The notes beneath the pieces are model-generated. The model was not told the DNA's origin. It saw nothing but the letters and a program-made list of their open reading frames with translations, and ran no database searches. Shown in pieces: positions 55,182 to 64,000 of a stretch of 64,000 bases of DNA (its first letter is position 1; every line of letters begins with the position of its first letter). The position numbers were made by a program, and so were the translations under genes. Source of the DNA: Deltaproteobacteria bacterium. GTDB lineage: Bacteria; Desulfobacterota; Desulfobacteria; Desulfobacterales; QNYZ01. The stretch covers positions 1,804 through 65,803 of the forward strand of contig QNYZ01000094.1 in assembly GCA_003973265.1 (NCBI GenBank), written 5' to 3'.

Positions 55182-56078
55182 TTACCCGAAAAACAACAGC
55201 GGCGCCTCATGTTCAATCAGTTTGTATGTATACAGACCGTTAAAAAATGTTTTAAGGGCCTGCCGTTTTTTTTCATCCAGATCGTATTCCATGGCCTGAA
55301 AATAGGCGTTGACCTGATCCCCGGGCAGGTTGAGCTTTCCGGTACCGGTGGTTATAATCCGGTCAAGATTCGCCTGGCCTTCTTTTTGTGACTGCCGGAA
55401 GAGGTCGATGACCCGGGCCACCCGGCTTTCATGGGCATCGGCAAATGTTTTTCGAACGACCCACACTGCAAAGACAATGGGCAGCCCGGAGAGCGCAAAC
55501 CAAACCTCGCCCAGGTCAATTAAATACCGATATTTTTGATTCCACCCGCCTGTCAGGGCACTGTCTCCAATAACCAGCACGGCATCCGGATCATCGTCAA
55601 AGGGCGATATTCCGCCAATACTGCCGGTTCTCATTTGCGGTTGAATCCCCTTGATGGCAAAGATCAGTTTCAACAGCAATACCGCCGTACCCGATTCATC
55701 GGTCAAGATAACCTTTCGACCGTCCAGCTCCTCGATGGGGTAACGGCTGGCAAGCAATACACTCATCACCGGGCCATGGCAGGAAATGGAAAGATCGGGC
55801 AGAATCAGCCATGGATCGGGATCGCGCGGGCCGGTATGATGAACATAGGCTCCGCTGGATACCGGGCTGATGTCCAGCTCTGCTTCGGCCACCATGCGGT
55901 TGAGGGTCGACGGGGCGGCCGGGATGATCTTGAACCAGGATGGCGCCAGACCGTTTTCCAGGCCGAAATAAATGGGATCGACGTTGATATAGCGAATCCG
56001 GCCGACCCGGATGGAATCCGTTGACGGGGCAGCCTTCTGGCCGGGGGAGATTTCCGGCGGTCTATTTCTATTCGACAT
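55182..56078 (-). CDS. mqnA: Chorismate dehydratase (futalosine pathway)
   Basis: 298-aa ORF. VGRIRYINVDPIYFGL...PSTLNRMVAEAELDISPVSS fits the MqnA periplasmic-binding-like fold. Confidence 0.8.
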   Translation of the reverse strand: MSNRNRPPEISPGQKAAPSTDSIRVGRIRYINVDPIYFGLENGLAPSWFKIIPAAPSTLNRMVAEAELDISPVSSGAYVHHTGPRDPDPWLILPDLSISCHGPVMSVLLASRYPIEELDGRKVILTDESGTAVLLLKLIFAIKGIQPQMRTGSIGGISPFDDDPDAVLVIGDSALTGGWNQKYRYLIDLGEVWFALSGLPIVFAVWVVRKTFADAHESRVARVIDLFRQSQKEGQANLDRIITTGTGKLNLPGDQVNAYFQAMEYDLDEKKRQALKTFFNGLYTYKLIEHEAPLLFFG

Positions 56079-56080
56079 GG

Positions 56081-57301
56081 TTAGTTGACCCTTTCAATGG
56101 GATGGTCCGCGGGAGCATGTACGATCTGTTCGATGAGCATTTTCGGCGAGGCGGCGGACAGCGGCAGGTAGAGGCAGCCTGTCCGATAGCCCGGAGCGAT
56201 CCGGCCGCAGGTGTTCTCCATGCCCAGCGCGCGTGCGGCGTTGGTCGTGGCCATGGCGAAAATTGACCGGAGCGACAGGTCCGGAAAGGAGCGGGCGGTA
56301 AAAGCCATTTCGTCAAACATGCTGAGTGAATCACAACTGGCCAGGCTGTCTGTCCCCATGCAAATATTCAGGCCGGCCGCATCCATCCGGTTCAGGTCGG
56401 GGAGCTGCCGGTGGAGTCGTAAATTTGATCGGGGGCAGACAGCCACTGAAGTACCCCGGCGGGCCAGGATTTGAAAATCGTCGGCATCGGCCTGGAGCAC
56501 ATGAACAGCCACTGTTCTTTCATCAAGGATATTGAGCCTGTCCAGATAGTGGACAGGGCTTCTGGCGGACAGGGGCCAGGTGGAGAAATCGATTTTGCGT
56601 GTCTTCAGCAGATCTGCCCAGGGGCCTGTTCCCGTACGGATAAAATCGCTCTCGTCGCCGGATTCGGCCAGGTGAATGGAGAAAGGGCGACTGAGGCGGT
56701 TGGCCGCCTGTTTCAGCGCGATCAGCAGGTCCGGGCCTGTGGTGTGAGGTGCGTGGCCGGCCAGAGATTCCCGGTTTGCGGGCAATTCCGGAAGCGATTC
56801 TTCGTCTGATCGGTTGCCGATATATTCCCGGAACCAGACCCCGTGCAGCCGGGAATCTAAAAATGGCTGGCGGGATATCCCCAGCGTGGAGATTTCCCCC
56901 ACGGCGCCACAACCTGAACGGATCAGTTCGCCGATTCCGTCTGAAATACCGCCGTCGAGTGCCGTTCGGCTCAGGTTTTCCCGCAATTGAATCAGGCGGC
57001 GCACCCAGTCGGCAAAGCCACGGCCGGCGGACAGTTTCCCTTTCAGTGCACCGAGTTCCAGATGGGTGTGGACATTGATCAGGGCCGGGAGTATGACACC
57101 GGGGCCATGATCCACCACGGGATCCCGGCCGGTTTGATGACCGGTTTTGACTGCCGTTATCCGGCCGGCACTGATATGGATCATCGCATTTTGGAGAACG
57201 GTTTTCGGATCCTGAATGATCCAGCCGGCCCGGTGCCAGCGACCCGAAGATGTGTCCGGGGCTTGAATCACGACGCGGAATCCACGGGCCGGTAAAAACA
57301 A
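56081..57301 (-). CDS. Amidohydrolase-superfamily deaminase (candidate aminodeoxyfutalosine deaminase)
   Basis: 406-aa ORF. PALINVHTHLE is the HxH metal motif of COG0402-type amidohydrolases. It sits between mqnC and mqnA. Confidence 0.65.
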   Translation of the reverse strand: MFLPARGFRVVIQAPDTSSGRWHRAGWIIQDPKTVLQNAMIHISAGRITAVKTGHQTGRDPVVDHGPGVILPALINVHTHLELGALKGKLSAGRGFADWVRRLIQLRENLSRTALDGGISDGIGELIRSGCGAVGEISTLGISRQPFLDSRLHGVWFREYIGNRSDEESLPELPANRESLAGHAPHTTGPDLLIALKQAANRLSRPFSIHLAESGDESDFIRTGTGPWADLLKTRKIDFSTWPLSARSPVHYLDRLNILDERTVAVHVLQADADDFQILARRGTSVAVCPRSNLRLHRQLPDLNRMDAAGLNICMGTDSLASCDSLSMFDEMAFTARSFPDLSLRSIFAMATTNAARALGMENTCGRIAPGYRTGCLYLPLSAASPKMLIEQIVHAPADHPIERVN

Positions 57302-58335
57302 TCGCGCTGTTGCGCCATGTATCCGGCATCTTCGATCAAGCGGATCATCTCATCTTTGGGCAGACGGAAATGAATGCCGGCCGCCGCCACGACATTTTCC
57401 TCAATCATGGTGCTGCCCAGATCGTTGGCGCCGAAGGAGAGGGCCACCTGGGCAATTTTTGCGCCCTGGGTCACCCAGGACGCCTGGATATTGGGAATAT
57501 TATCCAGGACGATCCGGCTGACGGCCAGCATACGTAGATATTCGCATGATGTGGCCGGCGAAACGTCGATCTGTGTGTTGTGGGGCTGGAAAGTCCAGGG
57601 GATAAAGGCGGTAAATCCACCGGTCTCATCCTGGAGATCGCGGATTTTCATCAGGTGGTCGATCCGGTCTTCAACGGTTTCCACATGACCGAACATCATC
57701 GTGGCCGTGGTTCGTAATCCTGATTTATGGGCCGTCCGCATGACATCCAGCCATTGAGCCGTCGTGCATTTACGCGGTGATATTTGCCGGCGTATCCGGT
57801 CGACGAGAATTTCGGCACCACCACCGGGGATAGATCCCAATCCCGCTGATTTGAGCCGCTCGATGACCACGGGCAGGGGCAGGTTTTCTTTTGCGGCGAG
57901 GTAGTGAATCTCCGGTGGAGAGAACCCGTGGATATGGATATCAAATGCCTTGATGGATCGGAGCAGGGATTCATAATCAGCGAGCACCATGTCCGGATGC
58001 ATTCCGCCCTGAAGGAGGATCTGGGTGCCGCCCAGATCGAGGGTCTCTTCGATCTTCTGGGCCAGGTCCGCATCGTTCAGCCGGTAGGCCTCCGGGTGAT
58101 CCGGGGGACGGTAAAATGCGCAGAACCGGCAGCCGGTCACGCAGATATTGGAAAAATTGATATTCCGGTCGACGATATATGTGACCCCCGGTTCGGGGTG
58201 CAGACGCCGACGGATGCGATTGGCGAGCCCACCCAGCGTTAACAGGGGCGCGTCGGCCAGAAGGATCCGCGCCTCCCTGCGTCCGATCCGTCGGGCGGTA
58301 TCGATCTTTTCGATAATTGGGCTTAACCGGTTCAT
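57268..58335 (-). CDS. mqnC: Radical SAM cyclic dehypoxanthinyl futalosine synthase
   Basis: 355-aa ORF. YIVDRNINFSNICVTGCRFCAFYR (CxxxCxxC) is CofH/MqnC/MqnE-family layout. MqnC rather than MqnE is judged from the VDRNIN context as I remember it. Confidence 0.7.
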   Translation of the reverse strand: MNRLSPIIEKIDTARRIGRREARILLADAPLLTLGGLANRIRRRLHPEPGVTYIVDRNINFSNICVTGCRFCAFYRPPDHPEAYRLNDADLAQKIEETLDLGGTQILLQGGMHPDMVLADYESLLRSIKAFDIHIHGFSPPEIHYLAAKENLPLPVVIERLKSAGLGSIPGGGAEILVDRIRRQISPRKCTTAQWLDVMRTAHKSGLRTTATMMFGHVETVEDRIDHLMKIRDLQDETGGFTAFIPWTFQPHNTQIDVSPATSCEYLRMLAVSRIVLDNIPNIQASWVTQGAKIAQVALSFGANDLGSTMIEENVVAAAGIHFRLPKDEMIRLIEDAGYMAQQRDCFYRPVDSAS

Positions 58336-59438
58336 GGAAGAGGCGCACTTTCCTTTACCGGATGATAAAAAGAATCACGTTGCACCGGTGTAAAACCGGC
58401 GGTCGTGATCATCCGTGTCATGTCGGACCGGGTCAGGCCCCGGGCCGATCTGGCACCGGCCATGTGGGTGATTTTTTCTTCAATGATCGTTCCGTCCAGA
58501 TCATCGGCTCCGAATGCCAGGGCTACCTGGGCCAGCTTCTCTCCGATCATTACCCAGTAGGCTTTGATATGATCGATGTTGTCCAGAAGCAGTCGGGCTA
58601 CGGCGATGTTTTTAAGATCATCATAGGCCGTGGTGGCCGGAAGGTGGGGTAGCCGGGTATGCGCCGAGTGAAAGGCCAGGGGGATAAAGGCGGAAAACCC
58701 GCCTGTTTCATCCTGCAATTCCCTCAGGGTGAGGAGATGATGTACCCGTTCGGCCAGGGTTTCGATATGGCCGTAAAGCATGGTGGCATTGGTAATAATC
58801 CCGCTTTTGTGGGCGATTTTCATCACGTCGAGCCAGCGCTCGTGATCAATCTTGCGGTGAAACAGTTTTTGATGGACGCGGCGGCTCATCACCTCGGCCC
58901 CGCCGCCGGGCATCATTTCCAGACCGGCGGTTTTCAGCTCGGCTATGGTTTCTTCGTGTGTGCGGCCGGCAATGGCGGCCAGATTATCGATTTCAACAGC
59001 CGTGAACGCCTTGACCGTGACGCCGGGCCGGATAGCCTTGATCGTCTTGATCATATCCAGGTAATAATCAAACGGCAGGGCCGGGTTGATCCCGCCCACG
59101 ACGTGCAGCTCCCGGACCGGCTCGTCAATGCGGGCGGTCAGTTGTTTTTCAATATCGGCAATAGAGAAGGTGTACGCCCCGTCCTCACCGGCATCCCGGG
59201 CAAAGGCGCAGAACTGGCATCGGTTGGCACAGACATTGGTGTAATTCAGGTGCTGATTGTAGACCCAGTAGGCCCTGTCGCCATGACGTCGGCGCCGGTC
59301 TGTATCCGCCAGGTGTCCCAGGCCGATTAAATCGGTCGTTTCGTACAGGGCCATCCCGTCGTCAAAATTCAGTCGCTTTTCGCGCTCAATTTTGCGAAAG
59401 ATCGCTTCCAGCCGTTTATCCGTAAAATAGGACGTCAT
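58332..59438 (-). CDS. mqnE: Radical SAM aminofutalosine synthase
   Basis: The ORF track extends to 59564; I prefer the Met at 59438 (MTSYFTDKRLEAIFRKI...). NQHLNYTNVCANRCQFCAFAR. ATGA overlap with the mqnC start at 58332-58335. Confidence 0.7.
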   Translation of the reverse strand: MTSYFTDKRLEAIFRKIEREKRLNFDDGMALYETTDLIGLGHLADTDRRRRHGDRAYWVYNQHLNYTNVCANRCQFCAFARDAGEDGAYTFSIADIEKQLTARIDEPVRELHVVGGINPALPFDYYLDMIKTIKAIRPGVTVKAFTAVEIDNLAAIAGRTHEETIAELKTAGLEMMPGGGAEVMSRRVHQKLFHRKIDHERWLDVMKIAHKSGIITNATMLYGHIETLAERVHHLLTLRELQDETGGFSAFIPLAFHSAHTRLPHLPATTAYDDLKNIAVARLLLDNIDHIKAYWVMIGEKLAQVALAFGADDLDGTIIEEKITHMAGARSARGLTRSDMTRMITTAGFTPVQRDSFYHPVKESAPLP

Positions 59439-59859
59439 TTTCGATCCCGATCTTTTAATAAATGTCGCGCCTGCCGGTATAAAAGGCAGAAACAACAATT
59501 TTATACCAAAATGGATGTCGGGACCTTTATAGGATATTCGACCTTCGGGTGCAAGAAATAACACGCAACATCATGCCAGAGTGCCGCCATCGGACATTTA
59601 TTATCGTTTCTATGCAATATGGCGATAGTGATGCGGCAACAGTCGCCAGATCACAACAAAAACGCTTGCCTTAACGCAATAACTTTGATATTTTAAATGA
59701 CATCAATCTTTTGGTTTAAACTCAACCTAATGAATGCAATTCATCAGATCGAAGTGCGTGTCGGCTTTATCGGATAGAAATCCTTTAAAACAGGGCTGGA
59801 AAGCCGGGAAATATGCTTTCGGCCATAGGCAATTATTCACTTAGAAGGAGGATGTTTCC

Positions 59860-60843
59860 ATGAAAAAGACATTTGTTTTAAGCGTGGCCGTACTTTTTGG
59901 TTTTGTGATGCTCCTGGGGGCCGCACCGGCTCAGGTGCAGGCCAAAACCACTTTCGTGACAATCGGGACCGGCGGCATTACCGGTGTTTACTATCCGACC
60001 GGCGGTGCCATTGCCAAAATGGTCAACAAGAAACGCAAAGAATACGGTATCCGTGCCACGGTGGAGTCTACCGGGGGGTCCGTATTCAATATCAACGCCG
60101 TAATGGCAGGTGACCTGGAATTCGGCATTGCCCAGTCTGACCGGCAATACCAGGCCACGAAGGGCCTGGCGGACTGGAAGGACAAGGGACCCCAGAAAGA
60201 CCTGCGGGCCGTGTTCTCCATCCACGCCGAAACCGTAGACCTGATTGCCGCTGTTGATGCCAATATCAACAGCATCCAGGACCTGAAAGGCAAACGTGTT
60301 AATATTGGAAATGTGGGGTCGGGATACCGCCAGAATGCCATCGACGCCCTGACGGCCAACGGATTGGACTATAAGAAGGATTTCCATACAGAAAGCCTGA
60401 AGGCCGCGGAAGCTCCCGGCATGATCCAGGACGGCCGTATCGATGCCGCTTTCTACACCGTGGGGCACCCCAGCGGATATTACAAGGAAGCCACGGCGGG
60501 CAAACGCAAGGTTAAATTTATTCCCATTACAAATGTTGACAGCCTGCTTAAAAAATATCCGTATTACGCCAAAGCGGTAACGCTGGTAACAAAATTTTAT
60601 CCTGGCGCGGCCAACACGGAAGACGTCCCCACCTTTGGTGTAAAGGCCACTCTGGTAACCTCTGCGAAGGTGCCCGACAAGGTGGTTTACGCCATTGTAA
60701 AAGAGGTTTTTGAAAATTTCGATACTTTCAAGAAGCTGCATCCGGCTTACACGGGTCTAACCAAACAAAGCATGCTCGAGGGGCTTTCGGCTCCTTTTCA
60801 TCCCGGAGCATTGAAATACTACAAGGAAGTCGGTCTGAAGTAG
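59860..60843 (+). CDS. TAXI-family TRAP transporter solute-binding protein
   Basis: 327-aa ORF with a signal peptide, then TFVTIGTGGITGVYYPTGGAIAK, the TAXI hallmark. Confidence 0.88.
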   Translation: MKKTFVLSVAVLFGFVMLLGAAPAQVQAKTTFVTIGTGGITGVYYPTGGAIAKMVNKKRKEYGIRATVESTGGSVFNINAVMAGDLEFGIAQSDRQYQATKGLADWKDKGPQKDLRAVFSIHAETVDLIAAVDANINSIQDLKGKRVNIGNVGSGYRQNAIDALTANGLDYKKDFHTESLKAAEAPGMIQDGRIDAAFYTVGHPSGYYKEATAGKRKVKFIPITNVDSLLKKYPYYAKAVTLVTKFYPGAANTEDVPTFGVKATLVTSAKVPDKVVYAIVKEVFENFDTFKKLHPAYTGLTKQSMLEGLSAPFHPGALKYYKEVGLK

Positions 60844-60912
60844 CCGTCAGACATCGGTGAAACCAGCCGGGTGGTGAACGATGCTGCCATCCGGTTGGAA
60901 TATTTACTGTCA

Positions 60913-60950
60913 CCCTGAAACCGGTTGCAGTTTCAGGGCTTTTGATTTTG
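60913..60950 (+). terminator. Intrinsic terminator / attenuator hairpin between the TAXI binding-protein and permease genes
   Basis: 9-bp stem, CCCTGAAAC (60913-60921) with GTTTCAGGG (60930-60938), an 8-nt loop, then CTTTTGATTTTG. Confidence 0.65.
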
Positions 60951-61069
60951 TCGAGCGCTGACGTAGAATACCCCCTTTTCGCAGAGACAAAAATCTACGT
61001 TTACCCGGAACCGGGTACGCACGCTTTCCCCTGGCAGGCAGCGCCACTTTCCCCACACAAGGCAAACCC

Positions 61070-63145
61070 ATGAACGATATCAAAACTTCCCAAAAAGATG
61101 AGGGTCTCTTGCTGGCCAAACGCCTGGCGGAAGAGGAAGAGGGTATGGGCAGAAGGCCTATAGGGCCGTCCAAGTGGGTGATTCCAACCATCGGTGTCAT
61201 CTGGAGTTGTTTTCAACTTTCCATCGCCAGCTGGTTGATTCTGGACTCAACTTTTATTCGGGCCATTCACCTGAGCTTTGCCATGCTGATCGTCTTCTTG
61301 AACTACCCCTTTCTCAAGAAGCCTCGCCTTGGCCTTAATTATTTCGCCCAGACCGATCGCATTCCGCTGCTGGATTACGTATTCGCCATTGTGGCCGCCC
61401 TGGCCGCCCTGTACATCGCTATCGACTTCAATGGGCTCACGTCGCGTTACGGCGCGCCCATTTTTCGGGATCTGGTCATCGGGGTCCTTCTGGTGGTGGT
61501 GTTGCTGGAGGCATCCCGGCGCGTTATCGGCCCGGCCCTTTCGATCATTGCGACTTTCTTTATTCTCTATGCGTTTCTGGGGCCATACATGCCGGAAGTC
61601 ATCGAGTTTAAAGGGGTCTCACTCAATCGTTTCGTGGGGCAGATGACCATGAGCACCGAGGGCATATACGGCATTCCGCTGGACGTGTCGGCCACAGTGG
61701 TTTTTCTCTTCGTGCTGTTCGGCGCCATGCTCGACAAGGCTGGCGCCGGTAAGTATTTCATCCAGCTGGCGCTTTCCCTGCTGGGCCGCTTCAAGGGGGG
61801 GCCGGCCAAGGCCGCCGTGCTGGGAAGCGGCATGACCGGACTGGTCAATGGATCAAGCATTGCTAACATCGTTACCACCGGTACCTTCACCATTCCATTA
61901 ATGAAAAAGGTGGGCTATCCGGCCACCAAGGCCGCCGCCGTGGAGGTGGCCGCCAGCACCGACGGCCAGATCGCGCCACCAATCATGGGAGCGGCGGCAT
62001 TCATTATCGCCGAATATGTCAATGTGCCGTACGTGGAGGTTATCAAGGCCGCCGCCGTACCCGCCTTTGCCTCCTATGCGGCCCTGCTGTACATCACGCA
62101 CATCGAGGCTTCCAAGCTAGGCCTCAAAGGAATGCCCAAAAGCCAGCTGCCGCTATTTTTCAAAACACTGATACAAGGTGCCCATTACCTGTTGCCCATC
62201 GCCATGCTGCTTTACGAGCTGATCGTTGTGAGGCACACGCCGCAGAAAGCCGCCTTCAACGCCTGCTGGGTGATGGCGCTTATCATGCTGGCACAGCGTC
62301 CCATACAAGCGTATATGAACAAGAAGCCCCTGCAACCGGCCCTGTGGCAGGGCGTGCAGGACATTTTCGCTGCCCTGGCCGGCGGAGCACGAAACATGGT
62401 GGCCGTGGCACTGGCTACGGCGGCGGCCGGTATCATCGTGGGTGTGGTGGCCATGGGTCTGGGCCAGCTGGTCACCGAGATCATCGATGTGCTCTCTGGC
62501 GGAAATATCTACCTTATGCTGGTGATCACCGCCTTTGCCAGCCTGGTCATCGGCATGGGCCTTCCCACCACGGCTACCTATATCGTCATGGCTTCACTGA
62601 CGGCGCCGGCCATCGTGGAGATTGGCCAGATGAACAATTTTATCGTTCCTCTGATGTCGGCACACCTGTTCTGCTTTTATTTCGGCATCCTGGCCGACGA
62701 TACGCCGCCGGTGGGTCTGGCCGCTTATGCCGCGGCGGCCATCGCCAAGTCGCCGCCCATCGCCACCGGTATACAAGGCTTCATGTATGATATCCGTACG
62801 GCCATTTTACCCTTTATGTTTATTTTCAACAGTGACCTGATTCTGCACAACATCAACAGCTGGCCTCAGGGGCTACTGATCTTTGCCATGGCGTGTATGG
62901 GGAACTTCGCTTTCGCCTCGGCCACTCAAGGATGGTTTATCGCCAAAAATCGTCTGTACGAGGTGCCGCTTTTCCTGTTCGTAACCTTGAACCTGATGCG
63001 GCCGGACATGATTGCGTCCTGGATAGGTCTCCCCCACGATCAGCGTTACTATACTTATATCATCGGGCTGGCCGTTCTGGGGAGCATTTACATGATGCAG
63101 CGGCCGCGGGTTGAAAAAACACCGGAACCTGTACCGGCCGTGTGA
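61070..63145 (+). CDS. TRAP transporter fused permease (TAXI-type 4TM/12TM DctQM fusion)
   Basis: 691-aa highly hydrophobic ORF directly downstream of the TAXI binding protein. The length and TM density fit the fused permease. Confidence 0.88.
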   Translation: MNDIKTSQKDEGLLLAKRLAEEEEGMGRRPIGPSKWVIPTIGVIWSCFQLSIASWLILDSTFIRAIHLSFAMLIVFLNYPFLKKPRLGLNYFAQTDRIPLLDYVFAIVAALAALYIAIDFNGLTSRYGAPIFRDLVIGVLLVVVLLEASRRVIGPALSIIATFFILYAFLGPYMPEVIEFKGVSLNRFVGQMTMSTEGIYGIPLDVSATVVFLFVLFGAMLDKAGAGKYFIQLALSLLGRFKGGPAKAAVLGSGMTGLVNGSSIANIVTTGTFTIPLMKKVGYPATKAAAVEVAASTDGQIAPPIMGAAAFIIAEYVNVPYVEVIKAAAVPAFASYAALLYITHIEASKLGLKGMPKSQLPLFFKTLIQGAHYLLPIAMLLYELIVVRHTPQKAAFNACWVMALIMLAQRPIQAYMNKKPLQPALWQGVQDIFAALAGGARNMVAVALATAAAGIIVGVVAMGLGQLVTEIIDVLSGGNIYLMLVITAFASLVIGMGLPTTATYIVMASLTAPAIVEIGQMNNFIVPLMSAHLFCFYFGILADDTPPVGLAAYAAAAIAKSPPIATGIQGFMYDIRTAILPFMFIFNSDLILHNINSWPQGLLIFAMACMGNFAFASATQGWFIAKNRLYEVPLFLFVTLNLMRPDMIASWIGLPHDQRYYTYIIGLAVLGSIYMMQRPRVEKTPEPVPAV

Positions 63146-63173
63146 TTCAGTGAAATCACAGGAGGATGGATAA

Positions 63174-63665
63174 ATGGAAACGATAAAAACCATCATGGTG
63201 GCACTGGGTTTCAGCCATTATTGTGCAGATCTTTTCAGATATGCCTCACGGCTGGCAGCGAATCTGGATGCGGATCTGCTGGCCGCCAGCGTCATAAACG
63301 CACGGGATGTAACGGCCGTGGGCCGGGTAGTTTCCATGGGTTTTGCGGTGGACGGCGAGCATTATGTGGAAAGTATTCGCAGTGAACGTCTCGAATTATT
63401 GGAGCGTTACGTGCAGGAATCCGGTTTTCCGGCCAACCGGGTTCGGAGCATTATTCGGGTGGGCAACCCTCTGGATGAACTGGTAAAGATGACCATCAGC
63501 GAAGACGTCCAGATGCTGGTCATGGGGGTCAGGGGGAGATCGGACCTGGAACATATTTTCGTTGGATCCATTGCCGAGAAGCTGTTTCGCCGCTCACCGG
63601 TCACCATCGTTTCCTATCGTGATGACACAAGCGCTCGCCGTTTACGAAAACGGATTTCTCTGTAA
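63174..63665 (+). CDS. Universal stress protein (UspA family)
   Basis: 163-aa ORF. MVALGFS...LLVMGVRGRSDLEHIFVGSIAEKLFRRSPVTIV is the Usp ATP-binding G-2x-G-9x-G(S/T) context. Confidence 0.85.
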   Translation: METIKTIMVALGFSHYCADLFRYASRLAANLDADLLAASVINARDVTAVGRVVSMGFAVDGEHYVESIRSERLELLERYVQESGFPANRVRSIIRVGNPLDELVKMTISEDVQMLVMGVRGRSDLEHIFVGSIAEKLFRRSPVTIVSYRDDTSARRLRKRISL

Positions 63666-63790
63666 TTTTTGTGTGAAAAGGAGCGGTGCCGGTCATCTTC
63701 CCACTGACGGGCAGGCCGGTCGCTGCCACAGGCGTTATCCTGTACAGGGGTTAATTTGCGGGGTGGCTGCCGAAAGGGGAAGGGAAGATC

Positions 63791-64000
63791 ATGTTACCTG
63801 GAAAAATTCCATTGACCTGCCTGGCGGTAATGATGCTGCTGCTGGCGGCCACGTCTGGCCTTGCACAGGATCGTTTTACCGACAACGGAGATGGCACCGT
63901 CACCGATCACAAGCTCAATCTGATGTGGTCCAAGACGGATAATAACGGTAACATCGACTGGAAGCAGGCCATGCGCTGGGTTAAATACACCTTTCCCGAT
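63791..64000 (+). CDS. Secreted DUF1566 (Lcl C-terminal-like) domain protein, N-terminal part only
   Basis: Not in the ORF track because it is open at the window end. The ATG at 63791 gives MLPGKIPLTCLAVMMLLLAATSGLAQDRFTDNGDGTVTDHKLNLMWSKTDNNG... This is a signal peptide plus the DNGDGTVTD..LMW pattern characteristic of DUF1566. Confidence 0.6.
   Translation, partial: MLPGKIPLTCLAVMMLLLAATSGLAQDRFTDNGDGTVTDHKLNLMWSKTDNNGNIDWKQAMRWVKYTFPD

Noticed and set aside
55150-55182. Palindrome CAGCGCC-A-GGCGCTG between the convergent mqnD and mqnA genes, as a bidirectional terminator
   Set aside because: The loop would be too small for the full stem, and there is no proper T-tract after the stem in either orientation.
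59878-60741. 287-aa minus-strand ORF
   Set aside because: It is antisense to the TAXI binding-protein gene, which has a signal peptide and the family hallmark motif.

Overview
GC-rich chromosomal window. The gene content (futalosine menaquinone pathway, TAXI-TRAP and ABC importers, many radical SAM enzymes) suggests an anaerobic Desulfobacterota-like bacterium; this taxon call is inference only. Genes are tightly packed, and many adjacent pairs share ATGA stop/start overlaps.

Contents in order:
1. 1-9641 (-): a secondary-lipid operon. It encodes a PfaD-like trans-enoyl reductase, a 2162-aa PfaA-like megasynthase (KS-AT-ACP-ACP-KR-DH), a DarA-like protein and a DarB-like KAS III that is cut by the window edge.
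2. 10-19.6 kb: housekeeping genes (MBL hydrolase, orphan DNA methyltransferase, cca, tRNA-Pro, purA, tadA, tRNA-Arg), followed by a lower-GC stretch with gene remnants, a cytidylate-kinase-like gene and nhaA.
3. 19.6-26.0 kb (-): a five-gene ATGA-coupled lipid handling and export operon (thioesterase, Dak2-DegV fusion, GT2, MMPL exporter, LPLAT acyltransferase).
4. 26.3-29.1 kb: a DUF4388 protein and a UvrD-type helicase.
5. 29.3-44.6 kb: a divergent pair of operons. These encode an aryl-polyene-like type II FAS/PKS set (2 ACPs, 2 KS, a KS-CLF fusion, 3 dehydratases, FabG, thioesterase, LolA-like protein, DUF3261-like lipoprotein, PlsY) interleaved with four radical SAM enzymes, two of them B12-binding.
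6. 44.6-53.9 kb: cyclase and GNAT genes, then a HisD paralog with altered active-site residues, an ABC importer, a double IGPD-like protein and an SDR.
7. 54.1-59.4 kb: tRNA-His, tRNA-Arg(TCG) and a futalosine gene set (mqnD, mqnA, amidohydrolase, mqnC, mqnE).
8. 59.9-64.0 kb: a TAXI-TRAP transporter, Usp, and the start of a DUF1566-like secreted protein.

The main candidate for an undescribed system is the radical-SAM-rich, ladderane-type / aryl-polyene-like lipid cluster at 29.3-44.6 kb. Its accessory operon lies at 19.6-26.0 kb, and it may be linked to the Pfa/Dar operon at the window start. No CRISPR array, transposase, integrase or obvious defence system was seen.
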